DNA from: Octopus sinensis
Lineage: Eukaryota
Assembly: GCF_006345805.1 (NCBI RefSeq)
Contig: NC_043002.1
Location: 43,338,001-43,402,000, forward strand
Direction of reading: 5' to 3'
DNA: 64,000 bases
This document shows positions 38,348-50,997 of the stretch, piece after piece; the first letter of the stretch is position 1, and every line of letters begins with the position of its first letter. Made by a program: the position numbers and the translations under genes. The notes beneath the pieces were generated by a model, which had not been told where the DNA came from, made no database searches, and saw nothing but the letters and a program-made list of their open reading frames with translations.

Positions 38348-38827
38348 AGACCTGGTAGAAACAGCAGCCAAATCTCCCTCAAATCACACCTTACTGTCTT
38401 ATGTATGTATATATATATGTGCCAATGAGGGGGACCTCTACATGGTAGCTAGACCTGGTAGAAATAGCAGCCAAATTTCCCCCAAATCACACCTTACTGT
38501 CTTATCTATGTATATATGTATGTATGAGCCTATGAGGGAGACCCCTACATGGCAGCTAGACCTGGTAGAAATAGCAGCCAAATTTCCCCCAAATCACACC
38601 TTACTGTCTTATCTATGTATATATGTATGTATGAGCCTATGAGGGAGACCCCTACATGGCAGCTAGACCTGGTAGAAATAGCAGCCAAATTTCCCCCAAA
38701 TCACACCTTACTGTCTTATCTATGTATATATGTATGTATGAGCCTATGAGGGAGACCCCTACATGGCAGCTAGACATGGTAGAAATAGCAGCCAAATCTC
38801 CCTCAAATCACACCTTACTGTCTTATC
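38348..38827 (+). repeat. 107-bp minisatellite, about 4.5 units
   Basis: Units start at 38348, 38451, 38558, 38665 and 38772; the unit is related to dispersed repeat fragments near 18200, 23900 and 24310. Confidence 0.92.
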
Positions 38828-39399
38828 TTTCTACTACTTGCATATAGGTGTTATATTCGTCGTAAAAAACTTTCCTGTCACACACTCACGCACACGCACA
38901 CACACACACACACACGCACCCTCACACACACACACGCGCGCACACCCACACACACCCACTCACACACACGCACGTTAGCTTACAATTTTATTTATATATT
39001 TGCGTGTCTATGTGTTGAAAGAGGAAGTGGGAGGCAGAGTGAAAGAATCACTCACTACAGTAAGTCAATTACTTTCATTTTATTCGTTGCCCACTGTGTG
39101 TGTGCGTTTGCGTGTGGTGTAAACCAGACTAAGAAAAGCATTTGACACACACACCAGAATGTGAGTTTTCTGTAAATTTTGCTTAATTGAAGTTTAAATT
39201 TTAAAAACTGGACCTGGCATGACGCGATGCATTGTACTCTTAAAAATGCAAGGTAAATTGTAATTGAAGAAATGCTATATTGTAGATTTGTATAACTCCC
39301 AAAGGGAGGCAGATAAAATCTGCCTTTTATAATAAGATATATATATATATATATATAATATATATATATTATATATATATATATACTGAGAGAGAGGAG

Positions 39400-39456
<57 letters not shown>

Positions 39457-39629
39457 ATGTGAGTGAGACATTTTATTGTAAAAACCTGACCCATACCAGT
39501 TTGGAGAACTTATAATTGGTGTAATACTACATCTATACTCCTGAAAACTCGGACATCTTTAATTTAGAAAAGTAAATTGCCTATGGTGGGGTTATCATTG
39601 GTGAACCAATAAATTTTAAAGTTATCATG

Positions 39630-39754
39630 GACGAAAATTTGTTGCAACGACATCAACAACAACAAGAACAACAACAGCAACAACAGCAACAACAGCTGCT
39701 GCTACTACTACTACTACTACTACGTCGACGACGACGACGACCACCACCACCACC

Positions 39755-39830
<76 letters not shown>

Positions 39831-39848
39831 GGCTGCTGCTACTGCTGA
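39630..39848. repeat. Mosaic trinucleotide repeat (CAA/CAG/CTA/CGA/CCA)
   Basis: Direct reading. Confidence 0.9.
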
Positions 39849-40067
39849 GGAAGCTAGAAGCTGTCTGCACACATTTAGTATCACACAGCCGTGCACCAAG
39901 AGGACTAAAATAAAAGTACACATGCGATGCTCTTTTAAAATAACGATTACACTAAAGATACCTCTTCGAGATCTTTTGTGTTTGTTTGCCAGCAGCTGCC
40001 AATGTCAATTTTCTGCTCGAATGGATTTCATATTCAGTGTAATGATACACTTTTATAGGCTAATCAA

Positions 40068-40275
40068 TGACGTGAAAGTAATTTTCATTATAAATCAATA
40101 AACAAAGCGTTATTAGTAATTAAAGTTTGAAAATTTTGATAATTTTAGCCAATCGTAAGCCACAGACACACGCATGTCTGTTTCGGTAGTAACATGAGCA
40201 TTCTTTTGTCTGTTGCCATAGTAAACAGCTTTTGAAGTCTGCGAGGAAGCACGTGTTGACAATAGTCTTGTTTAC
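40068..40275 (+). promoter_or_regulatory. Candidate RFX/forkhead promoter cluster
   Basis: TGACGTGA at 40068, CCAAT at 40149, GTTTCGGTAGTAAC at 40180, GTTGCCATAGTAAACA at 40212, CACGTG at 40250 and TGTTTAC at 40269, in unique sequence. Confidence 0.45.
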
Positions 40276-40969
40276 TCAGTTCTTTTTGTCATTGAGCATT
40301 GAGGTGGTTGTGAAGTGTGCTAAAAATAACAGTTAAATAAGATTTTTTCGATAAATCTTTTAAATTAAAGTTCATTTGCCAACGTCTCGCTCGCAGATTT
40401 AAAACTAACTGTTTTTCTCCTTTAAATTAACATAAACATTTGTTTATATGGAAAAATTACCGGAGAAATTTCGTGCTAAAGATAACAGCTAAATTACATG
40501 AAAGAAAATTACCCGAGACATTACAAGTGTTGTTTACAAATATTCAAATGTGCTATTTTCAGGATTTTGACGACAAACTGTGCAGTCACGCAGAAAATGA
40601 CTGCTTCCAAATCCTGTTTCCTGACTGGGTGAAAATGATCAAACTTTAAACCTCTGTAACATTTTAAAAACATTTTCCTGAAAGAAAAAAAAAATGAAAT
40701 AACTCCAGTAGTTCAGTTTGAGCAAGTGTATTATAGTGCCAAATTTTAAAGTTTTCGGTAAACTTTAATTTTTGGTGCCGCTGACAACTAAACAGAAAAG
40801 ATTCCCTCTTCGTGTCATTTTTACAGTGGAGCTATTGTAGATTGTTAATGCGAATCAAATCCTTTGGATATTGATAAGAAAATGTTATGAATATAAACAC
40901 ATGTGTTTGCATTTACTTTTCTCTAGCCACAGGGAGGATACTGGGCAAGTAAAATAATGTGAAAGTATC

Positions 40970-41679
40970 ATGTTAGGAACGACAATATATGAAAGTAAGT
41001 AATTTCATTTCTAGGATTTCCACCGACGCTCCACTTACAGTCACTCACAGACTACAATACAAAAATATGTTGGGACCGAAATGCAGTTAAAATTATTGTC
41101 GAAAGGTTAAGGTCAAAACGTTAGCGACATAGAGTTATTTTAATGATATAAATCAATAGAGAGAGTGAGTGGGCGCTTACACTACTTCACCACGTGTTAA
41201 TATGTTTTCCCATTAAATATTCATACATCTGTTTTATAAAGCACTAACTTAATTAGATTTTATAATTCCTCTTTCAACCACAACCTTAATAGAATAGAAA
41301 AGAGCAGTAAGCTCGCTATACATTATTTAAATGAAGAATTAAAGTAGCTTTGTCGCAAAATTTACTACAGTAATGCCTATGGCAAACTTAAGTCCGCAAA
41401 GCATTCTTGAGTGAGATGTGTGATATAAAGTTAACTGTGTAACAATTTTGACAAGAATACCAGGCAATAAGATTAATAACTTTGGAATTCATACAAGTTA
41501 CTCATTCTTTTTCCGTTTTTCACCAACAATTTAAATAGTTAACATTTGCCTGAAGAATGATAAAATGAAATGAATTTATTCACCTTCTTTTATTTGCAGA
41601 GCATTCTATCAATGATTGGTTGCATCTTTTTGTTTCAACGGGAGGCTTAATATCTATCTCTACTTTTGGCCCGACATGA
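40970..41679 (+). CDS. Hypothetical spliced small ORF (34 aa), or a lncRNA
   Basis: Exon 40927-40994 (GTAAGT donor) joined to exon 41600-41703 gives MLGTTIYEKHSINDWLHLFVSTGGLISISTFGPT*; a last exon from 41789 has AATAAA at 41805. Confidence 0.25.
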
Positions 41680-41989
41680 ATGACAGATGATCATCATTTG
41701 CTTGTAAGATGTTTATTGTTAATTGCACAACGATTCTCTATTGCTAATTTAACTTGTAATCTGTATCTTCTATTGTATTTATTTGCAGTTGAATGAAATG
41801 TATCAATAAAAATTCGTTTCACCTACATTAACTTGGATGATTGCTTGCCATAGGCTACGGTAATTATCCCAAGAAATCATCTCACATAAATGTTACGCGT
41901 TATAAACGGCACAGATTACATTGGAAGACGAAAATTTCGTCATCACCAGTAGATGGAACTGTAATTTCAGCGTAATTGCACATCATCAG

Positions 41990-42560
41990 CAATAAGTACC
42001 CAACCCAAGCAACAAATGCTATATCGAGAATACGTGAATCCAATGATCTGCAGGACATATCTAATAAGGTATAGCCTCTTTGCTTCAATCGTTTTAACTC
42101 GTTTCTACACAAAATATGCATCTAAACATGAGTGCACCAGCAACAGAACATTTATGATCTGACTTTGGTGGTGTTACGTAAATACCTTGATTTTGAAAAG
42201 TGGAAAAGTCAGTGATGCATGGAATAGATGAAATGATCCCTGCTTTTAGGGATGGATAATGTAGGCTTAGAAGTATGGAGTAATTACATGTCGAGCACCT
42301 TCTAATGATAGGTATACTTGACCAGAACTGACCTTCACTAGACAATATCAATAACTCCCTCCCTATCTCACTTTCTTTCTCTCTCTCTTTCCCTCTACCT
42401 CTACAAAATACAAAGATGACGACCATAATTTTGAAGCATTCTTAGAAACAAATCACTCCTTAGTGGTAGTTAGTGACAGGAATAGCATTTTGGACATATC
42501 ATGGGACTGTGTAGGAGTAACCGAAAGAAGAAATGATGAAAAAGCATTATAACTGCAGGA
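41990..42560 (+). pseudogene. Very decayed piggyBac-like transposase
   Basis: NKV*PLCFNRFNSF, HGIDEMIPAFRDG*CRLR and GTV/RSNRKK occur in piggyBac motif order. Confidence 0.5.
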
Positions 42561-43389
42561 AGTGCCCAATACATAGCTAACATTTCTTTGATTAACAGTA
42601 TGATACATAGACATAACTTAATTAAGAAAAAATATATAAAATATATTTACTTAATTAATAAAATATATACGAGCTTCCACACAGTTTCTATCTCGAAAAT
42701 TTCACTTACAAGATACTGCTAAATTCGAGACACGTAGGCATGGTACTGTACAGTGGAATCGAATCCAGAACCATCTAATTGCGAAGCGAACTTCTTAGCC
42801 ACACAGCTATAACTATGTATCAATAGTATTTCTATCTTGCCGAGAATTAATGACGGTCAGCTTCACAAGAGAATTTTTAGAAATAATGTTGACAGATGGC
42901 ATCACTGTAATGACGGATACAAATTCCATATTAATCGATGTCATACATAAATTGTGAAATACATGTATATAACAATTTTTAGAGCAGAAATGTACGTAGC
43001 GAAACGAATATAAATCAGTCATTGAATAGTAAGCAGTTAGCTTACTGTTGGGAGATAATTAATGATTAGGTCCTAAAATTATTCAAAAGATACCAAAGGC
43101 ATCTATATTACGAGCCATTTATATAATTTCAACGAATATATCTTTCATTATATTAATAGATAGCCGACAAGCAAGACTATGTAAAGGAACATTTAGTTAT
43201 ATCGATAACATTACTGGGATAAAGCATTAAAATAGCTGAAGGTAGATTCAGTCATGCAGTCCAATATTATATTCATTGATATTACAGCGATAAGGTGGCG
43301 AGCTGGCAGAATCGTTAGCATGCTGGGCAAAAGGTAATTAAAACTCATTCAAATGACAGATCTATCGGACTTTCAAAGAAGTTAAATTG

Positions 43390-43760
43390 TTGGTGTTCGT
43401 ATGGTAGGCTTGACAGGCGTCTCTGGTCACACCATAGCATATCGTTCCAAATTAAGTTTGGCGTTTATAACACATATGTCCTGCCAGCTTCGCTATACGG
43501 AAGTGAGACATGGGTTGTTTATCGTAGGCATTTAAGGTATTTTGAACGATATCATCAATATTGTCTTAGGAAAATTTTTGGGATAAATTGGAAAATGGTC
43601 ATCAGGGATGTGGACACCTGATAAGAATGACTGATGAAAGACTTTTCAAGCAACTTTTGTATGGTGAGCTGCAAGATGGTAGGAGACCAGCACGTAAATC
43701 CAAAATGAGATTCAAAGACTGCCTCACAATTGCTCTGACACAGACAGGAATTTCAGTGGG
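43390..43760 (+). mobile_element. RTE LINE 3' fragment
   Basis: VLPASLYGSETW, YHQYCLRKIFGINW, KQLLYGELQDGRR..RFKD. Confidence 0.85.
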
Positions 43761-44907
43761 GGCAAGTGCACCACCTGCACCCGCTGTTCCCGGGCCCTTG
43801 GATTGATACATTACTTCATCAACTCTGGAGATTAAAAGCCAAAGCTGAAATCGGCGGGATTTAAACTCAGAACGAAAGAAATATCGCATGGCATTTTATC
43901 TGAAGGTATATCAATTCTGTCAGCTTGTAATAAGTTCAGTCTAGGCAAATTGGCAATTAAAAAAATTACATACCGTTTTCACGCTTTCAAATTAAAGCAA
44001 GAATTATCTTGACATAAAACAAAATTCCGCAGCAAATAAAACGAATTTATAAGGAGCTAATTTTAGAGAATCTCTAAAAATAGCAGTCAAATTTCCTTCA
44101 TACCACTCCCTCTTGTCCTAAAAGGAGGAAAGGCACATTCTGTAAATCGTAAACGAAATAATTCAGATTGTATTGCAACAAAATATGATATTGCAATATG
44201 AAACGACATATTTCATATATCGTGATGCAGGCGTGGCTGTATGGTAAAAAGCTTGCTACCCAACCACATAGCTCCGGCTTCACTCCCACTGCGCTTCTCC
44301 TTGAGCAAGTGATTTCTACTATAGCTACGGGCCAACCAAAGCCATGTGAGTAGATTTGGTAGACGGAAACTGAAAGAAGCCCATCGTATATGTATATATA
44401 TAATAATGATATTTAATCTCCGATTTTAAATCGACAATCTTTAAATATAAACAAATGACCGAAAAAAATTATGAGATAACCTCATAATCGAACCCACAAA
44501 TCTTACCTGTCATGGCTCCTTATGAATCTGATTGGCCAAACGCTCCCCCATCAATTTCAGTCAAATTTAATTAATATATATTCAAGCTGTCTGAATACTA
44601 CATAAATAATATTTTTATAAACAAACCCGAAAGGCTTTGCGAGTTACGGAGAGAAAGCTATTATGGAAGGCTCATAGTATAATAACTGTACAATAACTGT
44701 ATATAACATATATCATAATGATATTTGATCTCCAATTTTAAAGCGACAATTTTTAAATATAAACAAATAAACGAAAAGTGATAAGCTAAATACGTGGAGG
44801 CATGTTAGCACATTGCTGGCCTTCCAGTTAGCACGAGGATAATAAACACATTTGGCTTTCGTACACTTAGTTTGATTCAGTAAAACCCAACACATAATGA
44901 TGCAGCA

Positions 44908-45099
44908 CGGATTTTTGTCAGTGAACAGGTCGCGGTCTTAAAGCGACGAAAATATTTTGACAAATTAAACTTAAATGTTGAAGTGAATCGAACGGCTTTT
45001 GTGTGTTTCTTAAATGGCTTACAAACACATTCCACGCTGCAATTGCTTTCGTTTCAGCACACGATCTCAGATGAAATCACTTGCTATGCAGGTACATCT
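44908..45099. mobile_element. Right half of the palindromic MITE family seen at 37663
   Basis: Contains the spacer and a complete right arm complementary to 37669-37845. Confidence 0.85.
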
Positions 45100-45532
45100 A
45101 CACATAAATATTCCAGTTTCTCTACCTCGTATGAACCTCTGTCTCATTTTAATCATATGTGTATAAAACCCAGGCTTTACTAGTATGGACATTTTTATAG
45201 ATAACTGGATTATAGCACTGCTAGGAATAATGAGGTTGCATTTAACGGTCTGAATATTGTCTGATCAACAATGTGCCAAGCACAGAACAATAATATAGAA
45301 TACACTTAATGATACACTTGCCTGCGGAATGCAATGTTTGTCTCTTACGACTGTGGACCATGTAGGCCAATGATCTTACTGAATCTGATGGACTTACACA
45401 AACACTCTGATAATCTGATATTGTTTATGCGATCACAAACAAATACATAGGTCCGCGTGGAACAGTGGATATGCGGACAAGCGGTGAAAAGGTGCTAACA
45501 TTAGACGTCTAGTCACTGTACGGTATGATGGT

Positions 45533-45768
45533 AGGGAGGCGAGCTGGCAGAAACGTTAGCACGCCGGGCGAAATGCGTAGCCGTATTTCGTTTGCCGTTA
45601 CGTTCTGAGTTCAAATTCCGTCGAGGTCGACTTTGCCTTTCATCCTTTCGGGGTCGATAAATTAAGTACCAGTTACGCACTGGGGTCGATGTAATCGACT
45701 TAATCTCTTTGTCTGTCCTTGTTTGTCCTCTCTGTGTTTGGCCCCTTGTGGGTAGTAAAGAAATAGGT
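45533..45768 (+). mobile_element. SINE family A, full length
   Basis: Highly similar to the copy at 17508. Confidence 0.9.
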
Positions 45769-46235
45769 ATGATGGGAGGGAAGGTATTTGTACATGAGTT
45801 CATGTAAGTATATGTGCGTAAGGGGGCATCAATGGGCATACAATCTGTGTATATTGTGCGTTCATTCACATATAAGCCCGACCGTTTATGCGTAGGCGGA
45901 TATGTAACTGTATACATACCATAATAAACGTTTGCAAGTAGGATGGTGCGAGGGTATGCGGCACACTACATAACAATGCCTAGCGAGTACGGAAGTATTC
46001 ATGAACACCTGCTTCGTCTCCCTCAGAGCATGTCCTTTAAAGCCAATAACATAAACCTAACAAAGAAAGGCACCATTATTTCAATTCACTATTGATATAT
46101 TATAGCAGTAGCTATTCGTACTGTAGTTGATATTATATATCATTATTGCCCTGGAGTCGAAGTAATCGACTTCGCCCTTCCCACAAAATTGCTAGCCGTG
46201 TATCAAAGTTTGAAATCATTATTATTGCCATTACG

Positions 46236-46470
46236 TGCAGGCAGAATCGTTTGCACGCCGGGCGAAATACTTAGCGGCATTTCGTCCGTCCTTACGGCCT
46301 GACTTCAAATTCCGCCGAGGTCGACTTTGCTTTTTCTCTTTGCAGGATCGATTAAATAAGTATCAGTTACGCACTGGTATTGATGTCATCGAATACCCCC
46401 CCCCCCCACACACACACACAATTTCAGGCCTTGTGCCTATAGTAGAAAGGATGACTATTCTTTTCTACTG
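46236..46470 (+). mobile_element. SINE family A with the alternative 3' tail
   Basis: Family A head and core, then aatttcaggccttgtgcctatagtagaaagg. Confidence 0.8.
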
Positions 46471-46619
46471 AAGGCACAAGGCCCGAAATTTTTGGGGAGG
46501 GAGCCAGTCGATTAGATCGAGCCAGTTTGCAACTGGTATTTAATTTATCGACCCTGAAATGATAGGCAAATTCGATCTCGGCAGAATTTGAACTCAGAAC
46601 ATAAAGACAGACGAAATAC

Positions 46620-46852
46620 CTATTTCTTTACTGCCTGCAAGAGGCTACACACAGAGGAGGCAAACAAGGACAGACAAACGGATTAAGTCGATTATATCGA
46701 CCCCAGTGCGTAACTGGTACTTATTTAATCGACCCCGAGAGGATGAAAGGCAAAGTCGACCTCGGCAGAATTTGAACTCAGAACGTAACAGCAGACGAAA
46801 TACGGCTACGCATTTCGCCCGGCGTGCTAACGTTTCTGCCAGCTCGCCGCCT
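46620..46852 (-). mobile_element. SINE family A, full length, inverted
   Basis: Reverse complement is about 90% identical by eye to the copy at 45533. Confidence 0.9.
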
Positions 46853-46877
46853 TCGATAAGATTATTATTACTATTGG

Positions 46878-47095
46878 TAAGGTGGCGAGCTGGCAAAGAT
46901 GATAACACACCAGACAAAATACTTAGCGATATTTCTTCTGGCTTTTTACATTCTCAATTCAAATTCGGCTGAGATCTACTTTGCTTTCCATCCTTTCGGA
47001 GTTAATGAAATAAGTACCAGTTGAGGCACTGAGGGCGACGTAAACGACTAGCCTGCTCTCCACCCACCCAAATTTCTCGCCATTTGCCTATAGTA
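46878..47095 (+). mobile_element. SINE family A, diverged
   Basis: ggtggcgagctggca head and ccatcctttcgg..taagtaccag core. Confidence 0.7.
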
Positions 47096-47350
47096 GAAAA
47101 TATTATTATTGTTGTCGTTGTTGTTACTGTTGTGGCCGTCGATGCTGTGCTTTTTGTCATATTTCAGTCTTCGAAGTATCAGAGATTTTTCTTTCACTTC
47201 TCTCCTCCCTACTGTGTATATATGTTCACAGTTGAGAGTGTTTACGAATGTCTGTTTGTGTCTGCCTAAATATGTAAGAACGGGCGTTGCTCCACCATCC
47301 TCTTGGCTTCGACCTTTTCTATCTTCTGTTTACTCCATCCTACTACATAG

Positions 47351-47730
47351 TGGAGGCGCAATGGCCCAGTGGTTAGGGCAGCGGACTCGCGGTCGTAGGA
47401 TCGCGGTTTCGATTCCCAGACCGGGCGTTGTGAGTGTTTATTGAGCGAAAACACCTAAAACTCCACGAGGCTCCGGCAGTGGGTGGTGGTGATCCCTGCT
47501 GTACTCTTTCACTACAACTTTCTCTCACTCTTACTTCCTGTTTCTGTTGTACCTGTATTTCAAGGGGCCGGCCTTGTCACTCTCTGTGTCACGCTGAATA
47601 TCCCCGAGAACTACGTTAAGGGTGCACATGTCTGTGAAGTGCTCAGCCACTTGCACGTTAATTCCACGAGCAGGCTGTTCCGTTGATCGGATCAACCTGA
47701 ACCCTCGTCGTCGGAACCGACGGAGTGCTT
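47351..47730 (+). mobile_element. tRNA(Arg)-like SINE, family C, full length
   Basis: ggcccagtggttagggcagcggactcgcggtc..gtttcgattcc head with a TCG anticodon-like loop; resembles the described octopus OR-type SINEs (from memory, unverified). Confidence 0.85.
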
Positions 47731-47821
47731 CCACTACATAGTGCTCCATTATCCTATATTCCGCAACACCATTGATGTTGTGGGCATTTGTATGTCGGAG
47801 ATATACGTTAGAGCAAACTTG

Positions 47822-48073
47822 ACACTATACTCTTTTACTCTTTTACTTGTTTCAGTCATTTGACTGTGGCCATGCTGGAGCACCACCTTTAGTCGAGCAA
47901 ATCGACCCCAGGACTTATTCTATCGGTCTCTTTTGCCGAACCGCTAAGTTACGGGGACGTAAACACACCAACGTCGGTTGTCAAGCGATGTTGGGGGGAC
48001 AAACACAGACACACAAACATACACACACACACGCATTCATATATACACACACACACACACACACACGCACACA

Positions 48074-48121
<48 letters not shown>

Positions 48122-48308
48122 TATATATATATATATACACACATATATACGACGGGCTTCTTTCAGTTTCCGTCTACCAAATCCACTCACAAAGCTTTGG
48201 TCGGCCCGAGGCTATAGTAGAAGACACTTGCCCAAGGTGCTATGCAATGGGACTGAACCCGGAACCATGTGGTTCGTAAGCAAGCAACTTACCACACAGC
48301 CACTCCTG
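47822..48308 (-). mobile_element. SINE family B, full length, with internal (CA)/(TA) tract
   Basis: Reverse complement matches the copy at 52065. Confidence 0.88.
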
Positions 48309-48799
48309 TATCTTTTGCTGAGAACGCTGAAGAAGTGCTCGATAAGATTATGCAGTTTGTCCAAATATTTGTATCATATTCTCCCCGAATTGGAAGGCTA
48401 TTCCGATGCAAGGTTACCCATTTACAACTGAGTGTTACAGGGGCAACGTGAAATGAAGAGTTTTGCTCAAGAACACAATGCATTGCTCAGTCCGAGAATC
48501 GAACATACGATCTAGCGATCATGAGTTCAATACCTTAACCCAGAGGTTCTTGCGTAATTTCCTGCAACATATGTAATACAATTTGTCTCCCTTCATAACT
48601 GGTAAATTTTGTATTTTCGTTTATAATTATTACTACTACTATTATCATCATCATCATTATTATAATTATTATTATTATTATTTTATATGTTTGTATTTTG
48701 AATTCAGAATTGATTTCCCAATTGAAAAATAAATTGTACCCCAAATGAAGAACTGATTTAATTCAGAATAACAAATTTCTATACAACATATAGGAACAT

Positions 48800-48828
48800 C
48801 CCCGAACAACGCCGGGTGCCTTTGCTAG
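48800..48828 (+). mobile_element. Helitron 3' terminus
   Basis: cccgaacaacgccggg hairpin then CTAG|T; same type as the end at 37171. Confidence 0.65.
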
Positions 48829-48832
48829 TATG

Positions 48833-48863
<31 letters not shown>

Positions 48864-49134
48864 CATTGTGCAGTTTTATTTCAAGAATTCTTGCCAATAG
48901 AGAAAGAGCTGGTTTCTAACCAAGATACAATTTTAAAATCAACAACAGGGTATGTATGTATGTATGTATGTAATTATGTGTGTGTGCAAATTTGAAATGT
49001 ATGTATGTATATACATATGCCGTATGTTGGCAATTTGCACAGCTAAACCTTGCAAGAGGTCGTCTCTCTCCAGGATTCGCCAGAGCCTAGTCCTTCCAAA
49101 GATAGAAGATGCGCGTGTGTGTGTGTGTGTGTGA

Positions 49135-49169
<35 letters not shown>

Positions 49170-49499
49170 GAGGAGAAGAAAGAGAGGGAGAGAAACTGGA
49201 GGAGAGAGAGGCAGCGTTTTGCAACTACGTGCTGACGCAAGTAAGATATGCAACCGCTGCATTCCATCCTTTCCATATCTACATTCGTTGGCGTAACATA
49301 TTAATTAAACATACAGACACACACATATACACGCACACACGAGTGCGTGCGCGTACGTACACACATACATACACGGACGCAGACACACACACACACTTAC
49401 ATACAAACACATTCATATCAGATGCATGTCGTAAGTGCTGAAGATAGATCGTAAGTATTAATATGGTAATGGATATTCACTGCATGTACATTCGGTAAT

Positions 49500-49830
49500 A
49501 ATCGGAAGAGAACGATCGTGAATACAGGCAGTCTAAATGGGATTCCTCCGAAGGAACTCTGGTGTAACGGTACTCGGTAGAGTGCGAAGTTCGGAGATCA
49601 GAGAGTTTCTCCAGGTCAAGCCTCTAATTCTCTCCATTGAGGAGTCAAAGCCCTGGTATTACGAAAATGTGATTAGAATATTGTTGGGATGTACAGCAAG
49701 GGAAAATTCAATTTTAAATCGAGATATGCATTCGTATCGATCTGGGAGCCAAGAAGCGAGATACCTTGGAGTAAACGAAGAATGAGATGGCCGGATAATA
49801 TCCATAGTTCCAGTTCGTCATGCGTGAAAA
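49500..49830 (+). mobile_element. Decayed RTE-like 3' fragment
   Basis: MGFLRRNSGVTVLGRVRSSEIREFLQVKPLILSIE. Confidence 0.65.
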
Positions 49831-49857
49831 TCTATCCAGAAAGTGTAATGACGGTTG

Positions 49858-49896
<39 letters not shown>

Positions 49897-49899
<3 letters not shown>

Positions 49900-50095
49900 C
49901 GGGAAAGTTTACGAAATAAACAAAAGACGAAGGCAGGTGGTGTACAAACAAACAGATGTATTAGTATAACGCTCAGGAATAGAAAAAGTCTTTTACGTTT
50001 CGAGCCTACGCTCTTCTACAGAAAGATACACAGAAAAAAACAAGGAGAGAAACAAGGAGAGAAGAAAAATGTGTGTAGTAGCTAACGATGTATCA
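49897..50095 (-). mobile_element. Short (TA)n-embedded element carrying a hammerhead-like motif at 49989-50026
   Basis: Minus strand: UCUUU-CUGUAGAA-GAGC-GUAG-GCUC-GAAAC-GUA-AAAGA; A6 reads U and there is an extra A before helix II. Confidence 0.6.
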
Positions 50096-50997
50096 TATAT
50101 ATATATTATTTAAAACAGTTTTATTCGGATTCCGTGCTACTTCAAGTTTCAGGCAGGTTAGAATCCGAATGGCCGGAGAGGTACAAGAAGTTCAAGATGG
50201 CTACCGGCTGATGGGCTACAATTGGTCAAGGAAGGTCATGTTATGCCACGATTGATAATATCGCTAAGTAAGCAGTTACACGAGAGAAAAACTAACAGCA
50301 GTTACACGAGAGAAAAGTGCTTCTTTGGTTGGACAGGAAATTGGTGGCACCACAGTGCAGTTGGGTATGGGAGTGGAGCTTATTAAGCACACGTAGCTGC
50401 ATCAAACAATGAACCATACGAGTTATCCGAGACTGCAGGTTATCTATAGACGTAGTTCTCAAACTGACTTATACCATCACTCATACCTCTACCAAAATAT
50501 TCTCTATTTTGGTGCGGAGGGTGTACTACTAGATGTCAGTTTCGAGAACTACAGATGCAGATCGCAAGCAGCCTTGGATAGCACGTGTCTGTTGTCTTCT
50601 ATTTGTTTCAGACATTCGGCCGCGGCTATGTTGGGGAACTGCTTTGAAGTGTTTTAGTCGAATAGATTGACTCTAGCGCATCTTTTTAAAAGTCTGGTCT
50701 CTCTGCCGAATCTCTAAGTTACGTGAACGTAAACAAGCCACCACGGGTTGTCAAGCAGTAGTCGGAACAAAACACACACACACGTTTCGAATTTTGGAAT
50801 AAGGTCAGCAGTTTTGAAGAAGGGATAAGTCGGTTACATGACGCCAGCCCTCAACTAGTATTTATTTTATCGATTCCGAAAGGATGAAATTCAAAGTCAA
50901 CCTTGGCGGAATTTGATTTCAGAACGTCAGACGAACGAAATGCCGCTAAGAATTTTTCCGGGCGTGCTACCGATTCTGTCAACTTGCCTTACGTATT

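Noticed and set aside
38348-38827. Regularly spaced repeats resembling a CRISPR array
   Set aside because: The whole unit repeats with no unique spacers, there are no cas genes, and the context is eukaryotic.
41039-41051. Minus-strand 13-nt segment with good splice signals
   Set aside because: Isolated and frame-breaking; it illustrates the chance background for microexon calls.
44400-44790. ~65-bp imperfect direct repeat about 310 bp apart
   Set aside because: AT-rich and diverged, with no element structure evident.
47351-47430. tRNA-Arg-like sequence
   Set aside because: It lacks a paired acceptor stem and continues into a SINE body that is repeated elsewhere.
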